The notes under the pieces were generated by a model. The model was not told the origin of the DNA and ran no database searches. It saw nothing but the letters and a program-made list of their open reading frames with translations. A stretch of DNA of 63,864 nucleotides, the filler included, from Octopus bimaculoides (lineage: Eukaryota), in the NCBI RefSeq assembly GCF_001194135.2. It is 7 parts of 7 records of this genome, joined end to end, with 100 filler letters (N's around TTAATTAATTAA, not from the genome) between each part and the next. Parts side by side here need not be neighbours in the genome. Positions count along the whole stretch, not along the records: positions 1 to 30,353 come from NC_068995.1; 6 more parts are not named here. One strand, written 5' to 3'. Positions 1 to 12,125 of the stretch are shown here, piece after piece (positions within the stretch are counted from its first letter, which is position 1; each line of letters starts with the position of its first letter). The position numbers and the translations under genes are program-made.

Positions 1-155
1 GTGTGCATGCGCGACAGAGTTCATGGTCAACTTGTGGCAAGCAGCTTCGTTCTCCTTATTTTAACTCCGTTACCACAGCGACAGGCCCAATACTTTTTGA
101 TCAGACCTCGTATATATGTGTGCGTACGTGCGTACACATATACGAAGTGTATGTG

Positions 156-210
<55 letters not shown>

Positions 211-607
211 GTGTCTGTATGTGTGAACACACGCAAGTATATGTATCCTGAATTTTATGCGTATACATAGCCATTCATCCACTCATGCACAGTGTTCTCA
301 TTTATGGAAGAAACTCAATTCATCTGAACAACAGGTCAGAAGCTAAATTAGACGTTTGTTTGCGTAAATGAGAGATTGTTAGCTGCAGTGATACTCTTAG
401 CAGCCATGGCAGTGTTTAGCCACCAGGACAGTGTTAGCCGTCATAACAGTGGAATAGTAAATATTGAAGCTGTATTTTTGTTTGGCTGAAGTGGCTTCAG
501 TGACAGATACAGGGAAATAAATATCATACTGAATGCTGAAGAAAACGAACAGTAAAATATAATTTTGCAAACCAATCTACTTGTATTACATTTTGTAAGA
601 CGACACA

Positions 608-656
<49 letters not shown>

Positions 657-1075
657 CGTATGTATGTATGCATATTCATATTTATGGCATATGTGTGTGG
701 GTGTGGGTGTGTCTGTGTCAATGTGTCTGTCTGTCTGTGCAACAAAGAAGTACAAAAAAAACTCATACAAATAATAGTCAATATTTTGCTACTATTGAAT
801 TCATTATCACCTACCAAGAACAACAGAGATGATGATGGTAATGGTTATGATGATGATGATGATGATGATGATGATTATGGTATTGTCGAAATGGTGGTAG
901 CGATAATTATATGGTGTGTTTGTGATGGTGGTGGTGGTGGTGGTGGTGGTGGTGGATGTGATGGTATGGTGGAGGTAGCGGAGATGGTAGTAATGATGAT
1001 GGTGATTGTGCTGCTGATAAATATATATTATTGGTGACAACGACGACGCTGATTTCAGCCAACATTCATGTTGTA

Positions 1076-1114
<39 letters not shown>

Positions 1115-2383
1115 AATTATCATCATCGTCATGATAACTGCATGTTTTACATCTATGGAAGAAACCGAAAATCAAATTAGCAGTAAATCACGATTCACAT
1201 TGCAGCTATATAAGGAGTTAGGTGGTTGTTTGTTGTTGTGACTGTTTTAATTCTTGGGATTCTTGCTGTGGTTGTAACGTTTGTTGTTGCAACTGTTGCG
1301 GTTTGAATTAATAAAGCACATTTTATGAACATTATAATCATGCTGTTATTGTTGTTGTTATTCTTTACGCAATATCAAGAGTAGATATCGTGTCAGTTGT
1401 AATAGTAACGGTAGGGGTCGTGTCAGTCACTCAACGATATTTCTTCCTTGAATTTAGGTTAACCTGAAGATGTGATAAATGTGCGTCCTTCTAAGCTATT
1501 GGTTGTTGGAACAACACTGAGGGTTTTCTCTTTACAACAATGTTGTAATAAAGGATAATAATAATACTATCAGGGCCAATCTATCCAGGGGACAAGATAA
1601 GTTGAACTGGACATTTGGGTGTCACACAATACTGGTTAAATTTACAGTTGTCCAACTGATGGATTATACAATATTGTTGCTATTTACAGCCGAGTAGTCT
1701 GAACTATTTGAAAATCAAGTCCGTTAGTCGGTGACATTGAGCAACAGCACCAAGTATTTTAAATTCTATAACTTATAAATATAATCTTATACTACTTTTG
1801 TGCACTGAAAACAAGCTTCCTGTATTTGGTTACACAATATTCAGTGAAGTTAGTATTTCTCTATGTTTAATTGATAGAAACACAGCGATGTTCATGAAGT
1901 GAATAGACAATGCGAGACTAACGTGGTTGAAAATATATTAGTAGCAAAGCAAAATAAAAAATATATAAAATGAATTAAAAAAGACAATTTTTTCCTTTCT
2001 TTTCTGAGCAACCAAGGGTTCAAAGGGTCGATATGTTCCCTAGGCTCCCTGTAATGGTAAGATGAGAGATGAATCTCTTTCTGGATAGAATACTAGTCTA
2101 TTACAGTTAACTTTTCCTGTCGTGGGAAAATAAGTTCAACATCACAAGTGAGCAAACGACCAGTCAGTTCCACAAAAACATTTCATGTTTTACATTTGGA
2201 AAGAAACAAATGTTTGTTGGCATTCGCTAATCGTTGGTCAGTTCTGATCGATCAAACGTTTGGTGAAAAGCTTTCTTACAATGACCATCTTGTCTTTCTT
2301 TTTACAGATATTGTGTATATGGGACCAGTGTGTCTTTTTATTTCATTAATCATTTGAATGTAATTTGAGAGAGGCGTGGCTGC

Positions 2384-2450
2384 ATCTCGTTCGTAGTTCT
2401 CGTCAAGTATCTCGTTCGTAGTTCTCGTCAAGTATCTCGTTCGTAGTTCT
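2384..2450 (+). repeat. Perfect 25-bp tandem repeat, ~2.7 copies
   Basis: Unit ATCTCGTTCGTAGTTCTCGTCAAGT. Confidence 0.95.
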
Positions 2451-2795
2451 AATTTTTATACGAAATGATTTATAATTAGAATATTCAATGAAGAAATTGG
2501 ACTCATATAGGTTTGATATGTTATTGATTTTTAACCAATGTCACAATTTAGAGATGGTATTGTTGGTTTGAATCAAGTCCAGCATTTAAATATTTCCAAC
2601 TTTTAACACCTTTTTTTTTTATCGATCAGGGAAGAATTAAGCACAAAATGTCTTTGGGAATCATCGACGATAACAAGGAATTAGAAAATTATCAGATCAA
2701 CTGTAAAGTTAGTTCCTTTTGCAAAATATATTTGTAATGTCTTATGTATGTAGTTCAGTTAATAGTGAATGAATTGAAGAGGCGTTGAATTACAC

Positions 2796-2871
<76 letters not shown>

Positions 2872-2880
2872 ACACAGACA

Positions 2881-3368
2881 TCTTTTATCTTTTACTTGTT
2901 TCAGTACTAGACTTCAGCTATGCTGGGGCACCACCATGAAAAATTTTTAGACGAATGCATCGACCCGCGGACTTTTTTTTCTGAAGCCCGGCACCTATTT
3001 TATCGGTCTCTGTTACCGAACCGTCAAGTTACGGGGACATAAACACAGTCGCACCGGTTGTCATGCAGTGGTAGAGGACAAACACAGACACAAAGACACA
3101 CACATGCATTTATATGATGGGCTTCTTTCATTTATCTCCGGCTATCAAATCTACTCACAAGACTTTGGTCGGACCGAGGCTATACTAGAAAACACTTGCG
3201 CATTGTAAGAAAGCCTTTGACCAAACGTTGGATCGATCAAAACTGACCAACGATTAGAGAATGCCAACAAACATTTGTTTCTTTCGAAATGGTGCCACGC
3301 AGTGTGACTGAATCTGGAACCTTGTGGTTGGGAAGCAAATTTCTTACCACACAGCCACGCTTGCACCT
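2881..3368 (-). mobile_element. tRNA-derived SINE, family A (carries a 91-bp foreign insert)
   Basis: Head (rc) GCGTGGCTGTGTGGTAAGAAATTTGCTTCCCAACC..GGTTCCAGATTCAGTC; tail ..CTGAAACAAGTAAAAGATAAAAGA. Homologous to the copies at 25201, 36268 and 37513. Confidence 0.85.
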
Positions 3369-3398
3369 ATATAAAAATTAGTCGACGAGGATGTACAC

Positions 3399-3442
<44 letters not shown>

Positions 3443-4398
3443 ACACACACTTACACGCGCGCACATACACACGCGCATACACACCCACATACACAGGCAC
3501 ATGCACACGCGTGACGGCTGTCAACTTATTCTCGATATTTAATCTTCGATTCCTCTTTCTTTTTACACCTATAGTGTGCCTGCTCTAATGGGCTCTCCCG
3601 GCGATGAAGACACACCTGTAAGGTAAGACCGACAGCTATCTCTCAGACGGTGCCAGTGCTTCAATGGTGGACACAGCCAGCCATAAAGTGACCGTTGAAT
3701 AACCACTAACTCTATCTATATTACAACTGTGTTCCCACATGAGAAAGGAACTGGTAGTATATTGCATGGTCGCTGACGCTTATCATATCCGACAACACTA
3801 ACAAAAGGTCTTCTGTCAGTCTGTTGTACCTAAGATGTTCGAGTCTGCTTGCACAGAGAAAAATAAAAACTGGCGCATAAATTGCCCAGGCGTCATATAT
3901 TATTGCTGAAAAACAAGTGTGAGACGAGTGGCATTCTTTAAATGTTTGGAGCCGTTAAAGTAGCCAGAGAGGCAGCGGTGGTGGTGGTGGTGCTGGTATT
4001 GGTGGTAGTAGTAGTTAAACGTTACTAGTTTCATATCAAACTATCCTTCTCTCATATGCATTTACATACACACACACACATACGCATGCACACTTACACT
4101 TACACACATGAGTATGTTCCATATAGGTATACAAGTAATAGGATTGTTGTTAACTCCTCAACCTTCTGATTTTCATCCCGCAGGTTGTCCAAAAATGACC
4201 TTCCCACTAAGCAAATGTGAATAGGCTGCCAGTTTAGTCGCTGACAGTCCTGTTATGCGCAAGTTGTACTGGCTTACATCGTTACCAGTAGCAAGTTTCT
4301 AAGTCATAGATCTTACAACACCAACAAACCAGTGAACGTATTTCAACGTACCAATGTAATAAATTATAATGAAAAATGACCTTTTAATGACCTGATTA

Positions 4399-6570
4399 CA
4401 TTGGGCAACAAAATATATTTTTTGGTCTAGTGCCTTGAATATTTCAACGAATTCTTAAGTGATTTTACCTGCTAAATTCAGAAATAACTTCAGTTTTTCT
4501 CTATCAGGTCTAGTTTTCTGACTAAACCTGATAGAGTAAGTATTTTATTCATACAAAAGGCATATAGTATAACTCAATAAAGAGAGTGTAACACAAAACA
4601 AAACGAAGTACAAATAAAATTCAAAATTGAAAATGCACATTGGTTAAGATTTTGGGCGGAAAATTCAAGGAATAAATTTTCATTTCTTTGTGCACCGTGA
4701 ATGTTGAGTAACAGGAGTATCTCGTTTTAAGCACCAGCAATAGTTTGCTATCCTCACAGCGTCCCAACGTCCTTGATGCCGAGTTTCCATCTCCTTGATG
4801 TCCTGACGGAATCGTTCGCTTTGTTCATCACTAACATCGAGATTTTCAGGAAAGCAATCAAGATTACTAAAAAAGTAATGCATTTTGATGCTCATATTCG
4901 TACCAATATTATGAAAAGTTGATATCAAGTTGGTAACAAGGTCTTTATAGTTTTCACTTTTGTGTTTCCCAAAGAAATTTTGCTCTATTTCTGCAAAGGC
5001 TAGCCAAGCTGATGCTTCATTTTTGCTCATTACTTTCACGAAATTTGTGTCCTTCAAGAGCTTACGGATCAGTGGTCCATCAAAAATCCCTGCTTTAAGG
5101 CTTTCAATCGTCAAGCCTGGAAATACACTGCAGATATACTTGAAGCACTCCCCATTTTTGTCAAGAGCTTTGACGAATTGCTTGATCAATCCGAGTTTGA
5201 TGTGCAAAGGGGAGAAAATGAGCTTATCTCGTTCAACTAAAGGTTCTTCCAATATATTGACAGCTCTTCATGGAGCCATATTTATTCGAGGCAGCCAGTC
5301 TATCTTAACATAGTGGTTTCCTTGGTCTCTACTGTCCCACATGCAAAGAAATCATGGGCATTTGGTATAACCAGATTGCTGTCCCGTGAGAAAATTCACC
5401 ATCTTTCAGTCAACGCAGATGACCCGTTTATGGTAATGATACACTATCTTCTCTAAAACCAACTTAATCTCTTCATATTTTTCCTTCATAGTTGCTGAGT
5501 GGCCGAGTGGGACAGAGCCATACACATTTTCGTTGTGCAACAATACACATTTTAAAGTACGCTTAGAGTTGTCTAGGAAAAGACGCCATTCCTCTGATTT
5601 GTAAACCGCAATGCCAAGTTTATTAAGAAACCCACTGACATCTCTGCAGTAAACTAGCTCTTTTTCTTTTGTGAAAAAAGAAAGTAACTCTTCATGTTAT
5701 AGAGACACTATTCTCTAGAAGAGAAGCCAACAGTTCTGCAGAATTTTTTTTTTGGGTGGGAGGTTCAAGTCACGAACGAGATCATTCAGCTCTACCCGGG
5801 AGAATAGCTGAAGTAAAGTCTCAACTGAAAAGTCTTGATCTCTAGTGTCATCTTCGGGTGATGAATCTTCTTTAGTTGAAAGTAAAGTTATCTGAGGCAA
5901 GACATTGAAGACAGAAACAGGAAGCTCTTCACTGTGTGGAACTGGTCTAATAGCAGAAGCAAGATAAGGATAGACAAGTGCTTGTCCATTTTTCCAGTTA
6001 ATACCCTTCAAATTTAGGTTACAAAGATAGCAGTCGTCCACGTGATAATAGGGTTCCCGACATACCACTGGTATAACAAACCTCATCCTTTTCCTTGTCC
6101 CTTTAGTCCATTGTCGCAAATGTTCTGTACATTGTTTGCAAACACTATGCGGTACCCAATATTTATCTTGGTCTCCCCGCTAGACCCCAAAATATGTCAT
6201 ATACGCTCTTTCAACAAAATCAGTGATGTTTTTTCGATTTTCAAGTAATGTGTATTCTCCACAAACATAACAAAACATATTTGGAGAATTAACACAACAC
6301 TTTCTTGAAGAGGACATCTTGCTGATTTTTTATTGTTTAGTTCACCACTATATCTAAAAAGTATGGAAAAAGAAAAAAACTTAGAATTTGAGTAAGGTAA
6401 CGAACACTGCGTACTGGACGTACACACATACATAGTGACTATAGGGATGTTCAATAACTTAAAATCTAGACCTGATAGGTCAAAAAGAAGGTTATATTTG
6501 GATTCAGGAGACCGATTTTGTATAGGAATGATGTTTATTTTCTAAACATCAAAAACCTTGTAGACCAGTG
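4399..6570 (-). mobile_element. Full-length but decayed Chapaev3-type (CMC superfamily) DNA transposon
   Basis: Element-strand termini 5'-CACTGGTCTACAAGG ... TTGTTGCCCAATG-3'. TTA lies immediately on both sides (4396-4398, 6571-6573), matching the TWA TSD of Chapaev3. A 13-bp subterminal inverted motif is present: CTATCAGGTCTAG (4501-4513) / CTAGACCTGATAG (6466-6478). The element contains a transposase pseudogene. Confidence 0.88.
4680..6317 (-). pseudogene. Chapaev3-type transposase pseudogene (frameshifts and stops)
   Basis: Start MSSSRKCCVNSPNMFCYVCG at 6317. Then GDQDKYWVPHSVCKQC, REPYYHVDDCYLC, SPLHIKLGLIKQFVKAL, GIFDGPLIRKL and DEQSERFRQDIKEMETRHQGRW...NYCW (ORF-track pieces 5715-6119 and 4680-5252). 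Confidence 0.88.
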
Positions 6571-7170
6571 TTATATTTAATGGATGACTAATTATGCATT
6601 ATATTTAATAAATAAATAGTTATATATTGTGTTTAATGAATATAAATATGTATTATACTTCATGAACGACTAACTTTATATTATATTTAATAGCTATAGT
6701 TAAGTATTATATTTAATGAATGTATTGTCATATCTCATACTTAATGACTAAATCGTCATATATCATATTTAGCGGACAAATATAAGGGTATGCAATAACC
6801 AACAAGAATATGCTCTTTTATGCAAAATATATTTCCAGATAGTCACAGTTTACGATCTCAAAATGTCACAGCTTCTCTAATCTTGATCACCTAGAATATT
6901 TGAAGTTTAAAACTAAGTGTAAAGGTTTAGCAAGTCCAAAATGTATCGAAGATTAGATAAAACTATAAGAACATCGATATAAGGACTGTTATCTGATTCA
7001 TTACATGATGATATCCTCTAATCAATAGAATACACGATATCCTCTAATCGATAATCAAGTAATGATACCATCCTTATCGATAGTTTATGCGGTTTCCTCT
7101 GATCAATACTGAATTACTATAAAGTCTGGATGGATTTCTCTACTGTAGTTGGTTGATTAATATGTTAGAG

Positions 7171-7716
7171 CAGTGATTCTCAATCGGGGTCCTCATAAGA
7201 TTTTAGGGGGTCCACGCTAGCAAAATAGTAAACTGGGGATCCACATTAGTATTTTAAGGATCTATGAAAAACTTGATTTCGATGTATGTATTGCAAGAAG
7301 CAGCTAGGATTCTTTCTTTAACATTTTACGCAAGTGAATGTGTGAAAAACAAAATAGGAATTTTGAAAGAAGTATCTATAAAACTAGTTTTAAACCATCG
7401 AATGGCTATAGGGGTCCACCAGAATAAAGTAGTAATCAAAGGGGTCCAATAAAAAAAATGGCTGAGAACCACTGTTAAGTTTAGATTTAAATGTATGTAT
7501 TGCAATAGACAGCTAGGTTTCTTTCTTTAACATTTTATACAGTTCAACCTTCGTAAGTGAATGAGTGAATAACAAAATAGCAATCTTGAAAGAAGTTTCT
7601 ATAGAATTAGTTTTTAAATATCGAATGGTTATAGGGGAATGGTTATAGGGGATCACCAGAATAAAATAGTCGTTAAAGGAGTCTATAGATAAAAAAAAAA
7701 TGGCCGAGAACCAGTG
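7171..7716. mobile_element. hAT-like MITE with a tandemly duplicated right portion
   Basis: Left TIR CAGTGATTCTCAA. Right ends GAGAACCACTG (7474) and GAGAACCAGTG (7716). Flanks TGTTAGAG (7163-7170) and TGTTAAAG (7717-7724) give a 7/8-matching TSD. Confidence 0.75.
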
Positions 7717-8408
7717 TGTTAAAGGAAGGGACGAAATCTTTTATAAGGGACTCAAGAGTCAAAAATGCCTGAAATAAAGGTCAAGAATTCCCACTTCAGG
7801 AACCAAACGTTCAAATCGTACAAACATAAAATTGCTTTCTTTTAGCTTTGGTTGAAAATCTGTATATTTGAAATAGAACATAATTGCATTTTCTTTCTTT
7901 TTGCTAAAGAAAAAATCTTATCTTGTCTTTCGTTTTATATAACGGATCATCCATTCCACACAGACTGAAAAAGTAAATCCAACATTTCAAACAATTAAAT
8001 AGAATTGAACTTCTATAATGGAAATCTTGACAGCATAGAATACTGCCAGAGAGAATATTTTACTAAGCTGATTTCGAGGATTGAGCGAGTGGTTGAGTTT
8101 TATTAAGTTTTCTTTAACAAGAAGCCACTCTTTGTATACACAACAGTCATCAAAGATGATTCAAAACGAAAGGAGAGTCTTTCTTGTGGAAGTTGCTTAA
8201 GTAATTTATGTAAAGAGCTGCCGAAACAAGTAGCAGTTAATCCAATAAAGTATTGTCAGAGAAGATTTACAAACCGACAATTTGGAAATATTAATAAAAT
8301 AAAATAGGCAAAAAAGAAAAAAACCCACCACCCCAAAACATTTAACAATATCTAAAGAAAACTGGCTTAAAAGTAAAAGAAACTATGAACGGTAGATTTC
8401 TGCATTGA

Positions 8409-8482
8409 GAAGAAGAAGAAGAAGAAGAAGAAGAAAAAGAAGAGAAACAGAAGATAAGTAGTAGTAGTAGTAGTAGAGGACA

Positions 8483-8516
<34 letters not shown>

Positions 8517-8690
8517 AGAAGAAGAAGAAGAAGAAGAAGAAGAAGAAGAAGAAGAAGAAGAAGAAGAAGAAGAAGAAAAAGAAGAAGAAGAAGAAGAAAA
8601 AGAAGAAGAAGAAGAAGAAGAAGAAGAAGAAGAAGAAGAAGAGAAACAGAAGATAGGTAGTAGTAGTAGTAGAGGACGAAGAAGAAGAAG
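8409..8690 (+). repeat. Compound (GAA)n/(GTA)n/(GAC)n microsatellite with a duplicated junction unit
   Basis: AGAGAAACAGAAGATA.GTAGTAGTAG..AGGAC occurs twice (~8441 and ~8640). Confidence 0.9.
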
Positions 8691-8781
8691 AAAGATTAAC
8701 TTGGAACAAACGACAACAACATTAACAATAAACAATAATTTTACAAAATCTGCCGGTAGACATGTTAACATTTATAATAGC

Positions 8782-8815
<34 letters not shown>

Positions 8816-8865
8816 CGTGTGTGTGTGTGTGTGTGTGCATGTGCGTGTGTCTTTATGCTGGCATT

Positions 8866-9028
8866 TTTTCTCTCCTCACCGCTTGACAACCAGAGTTGGT
8901 TCACTTATGTTCTCGTAACATAGCGGATCGGTAAAAGAGTCCGATAGAATAAGTACTAACCTTAAAAAAATAACCACTACGGTCGATTTGTTCCAGTATG
9001 GCCTCAGACCTATGAATAAAAGATAATA
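8866..9028 (+). mobile_element. SINE family A, 3' half
   Basis: CCGCTTGACAACC..GTAACATAGCGGATCGGTAAAAGAGTCCGATAGAATAAGTACT matches the family A body. Confidence 0.7.
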
Positions 9029-9029
9029 C

Positions 9030-9715
9030 AATATTGTTTTGTGATCAGTCGAGGCTCTGCAGATGTTTCACTGAATGTATAGAGGCAAAGATGTGTGCGG
9101 GCGGTGAACATAATAAAATTTTGCCTTACTTCTTGGAAGAACGCCAGAAAAATAGACAACCTAGTACTCGAGTTTCGGACTTTTCAGAATACGTTTGTTA
9201 TCACAAAACTGATTGGTCTTCGTTGGCTACCGGAAGAATAAATTTAAAATATCCGCAACATCAATGCCTGTATACTCGGCCAATGGGCTCAGCCACAAAC
9301 AGACCCGAGATCAGTGAAAAGTTTTATATAAAAATTATAAATATTATTACAATACAATACTAATATTTTCCAACGAAATAAAGCACCGTAAAGGTAGAAT
9401 TAGAAATAGGAAATAGTGGCAGAACAAGGTACCAATTTTAGCAATGATGTGTGTGAGTAGCGAACATAAAAAAATTTCGTCTTACCTCTAGGAAGAACGC
9501 CAGAGAAATGGACAACCTAGTACTCGAGCTAAGACGAAATTCTATGTTCGCCGCCCGCACACATCTTTGTCTCTATACATTCAGTGAAGCTGAATGTACG
9601 GTTATTGACTGCTATTTTCAGCAAAAATTAGTACCTTGTTGTGCCATTATTTCCTATTTATAATTCTACCGTTATGGTGCTTTATTTCGCTCGAAAATAA
9701 TACTATTGTAATAAT
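9030..9715. repeat. Tandem plus fold-back repeat complex (pseudo-LTR-like)
   Basis: Block GGAAGAACGCCAGA..A.GACAACCTAGTACTCGAG occurs twice (ending at 9172 and 9528). The segments 9345-9486 and 9531-9712 are inverted copies of each other. An HHR-like 3' half, GTCCGAAACTCGAGTA, lies on the minus strand at 9165-9180. Confidence 0.75.
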
Positions 9716-9733
9716 AATAATAATAATAATAAT

Positions 9734-10031
9734 AAAGACCTGGAAATAGAGATAACTCGAATGTGGAATCTAAAAACAGAAACAATTCCTATCATAGTAG
9801 GTGCCTTAGGTATAATAAAAAAATATTCAGACAAATACATAACAAAAACACCAGGACTTACAAATATATATAACATACAGAAAATTGCACTACTGGGTAC
9901 TGCACACATTCTACGCAAAACACTTTCAATACAGTAAACATAAGAGCACCACAGCAAACCACAGCACATACCCAAGGCGCACAGAGCTGCGCTCGGTAGT
10001 GAAGTGAAAGCACGTTATAAAAATAAAACTA

Positions 10032-10070
<39 letters not shown>
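9734..10070 (+). mobile_element. 3' end of an R4/Dong-like (RLE-type) non-LTR retrotransposon, with 3' UTR and (TAA)n tail
   Basis: Frame 9734-9937 reads KDLEIEITRMWNLKTETIPIIVGALGIIKK...IQKIALLGTAHILRKTLSIQ*, typical of the C-terminus of RLE non-LTR elements. Flanked by (TAA)n on both sides. Confidence 0.75.
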
Positions 10071-10074
<4 letters not shown>

Positions 10075-10395
10075 GCAACAACAACTCTTCGAAACGCTNN
10101 NNNNNNNNNNNNNNNNNNNNNNNNNNNNNNNNNNNNNNNNNNNNNNNNNNNNNNNNNNNNNNNNNNNNNNNNNNNNNNNNNNNNNNNNNNNNNNNNNNNN
10201 NNNNNNNNNNNNNNNNNNNNNNNNNNNNNNNNNNNNNNNNNNNNNNNNNNNNNNNNNNNNNNNNNNNNNNNNNNNNNNNNNNNNNNNNNNNNNNNNNNNN
10301 NNNNNNNNNNNNNNNNNNNNNNNNNNNNNNNNNNNNNNNNNNNNNNNNNNNNNNNNNNNNNNNNNNNNNNNNNNNNNNNNNNNNNNNNNNNNNNN

Positions 10396-10433
<38 letters not shown>

Positions 10434-10658
10434 TGTGTTTGTACCCCTAACATCGCTTGACAACTGATGCTACTGTGTTTACGTCCTCGTAACCTAGCGG
10501 TTCGGCAAAAAGGCCACTTTGAAGGCTCCCACGGTGATGGAGAGACGATTTAGTTAAGGAATTTGGGTCAAGATAGAAAAGAATGACGCACTCAGACAGA
10601 AATGGAAGCACATTGTGACCAGCGGTGTATAACGGCATCTGATAATCTGGCCGATACT

Positions 10659-10696
<38 letters not shown>

Positions 10697-11191
10697 GACT
10701 AATGGGTATATGTCGATTAGTGTGTTGTAGAAAGATAGGTGCAAACACGGCAAGTCAGTTGATTAAATGAAATTAGGATAAACAGGGAAGGGAAGTTGAT
10801 GCTTAGTGGCTTCCATACAATTAAATTTAATAGAATATTATTTGATTTAATAGTTTACTCTGCGCGCGCGTGCGTGTTTGTGTACATGTTGTATATGGTT
10901 GAGTATGTATGTGGGTATGTGTGTTTGAATTTTACTTAATTTTCGTATGCAAGATGGTAATTAGAGCAAACGAGTGAGACAGCAGCGAGTAAAAAAGATG
11001 GTGGTAAAAATGGAGGGTAGTAATGATGATGTTGATGATGATGATGATGATGATGAAGAGTTTGGGAAGTGGGTAAGAAAGACGAAGAAGAGGATAATGA
11101 TTATGTCGGGATGATACCTTATCATTATCATCATCATCATGCTGCTGCTGCACCGCCTCCCCTACTACTACTACTGCTACTACTACTACTG

Positions 11192-11268
<77 letters not shown>

Positions 11269-11351
11269 NNNNNNNNNNNNNNNNNNNNNNNNNNNNNNNN
11301 NNNNNNNNNNNNNNNNNNNNNNNNNNNNNNNNNNNNNNNNCCACCACCACC

Positions 11352-11404
<53 letters not shown>

Positions 11405-11471
11405 ATGATGATTATAGAGTAATGATGATAATAGAGCGACCAAGGGCAAATAAAATTTGAAAGGTATTGTC

Positions 11472-11502
<31 letters not shown>

Positions 11503-12125
11503 ATGACGACAACGGTGACGATAATGATGACCATGAAGACGATGGTAATAATGCTGACGTTGACGATAGTGATGACGGCGATTATCACGACGCGATAATG
11601 CTGGTGACGAAGAGGAGGAATCCAATTTTATAGATTCCGTGATAGAGCAATAAACCAGTTGTTAAATTGCGTAACCCCAGGCCAACTTTATGTAGACTTA
11701 CTATCAAAGACACTCCAGCAATGACTATCCTGTCTTATTTTTCAAGTATTGTATGTATGACTACATTATGCAGCATGTATTTTTTTCGATGTAGTATAAC
11801 TAGGAGATTTGGCTTCTACTTCTGACAGACAATATGACCACATACTAGCTGGCTCTGCAATTTAGACTGCAAACCAAAGTTCAGGTACAATTTCTCTTGA
11901 AGGATATTAGGCTGCTATTACTTGTCGACCATATGACCACATTCCAGCTGGCGCTTCAGTTTAGACTGCAGCCTGTTCTGGAGTAATTTCTCATTTGATA
12001 ACATATATAACACTGACAGGTAGGATCAAGACATTGACATATAACATCTATAACTTCTAGATTAGTGTTCTTAACATTACCTGACACTGGTTCATACATA
12101 GCTTAACGTAGTCTATATCCTCCAG

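Noticed and set aside
340-560. Possible exon: minus-strand polypyrimidine/AG acceptor near 537, and a plus-strand hydrophobic stretch RLLAAVILLAAMAVFS
   Set aside because: All frames close within ~30-45 codons, there is no convincing start or donor pairing, and no recognisable homology.
2384-2450. Short direct repeats as a CRISPR-like array
   Set aside because: Head-to-tail 25-mers with no spacers, in a eukaryotic context.
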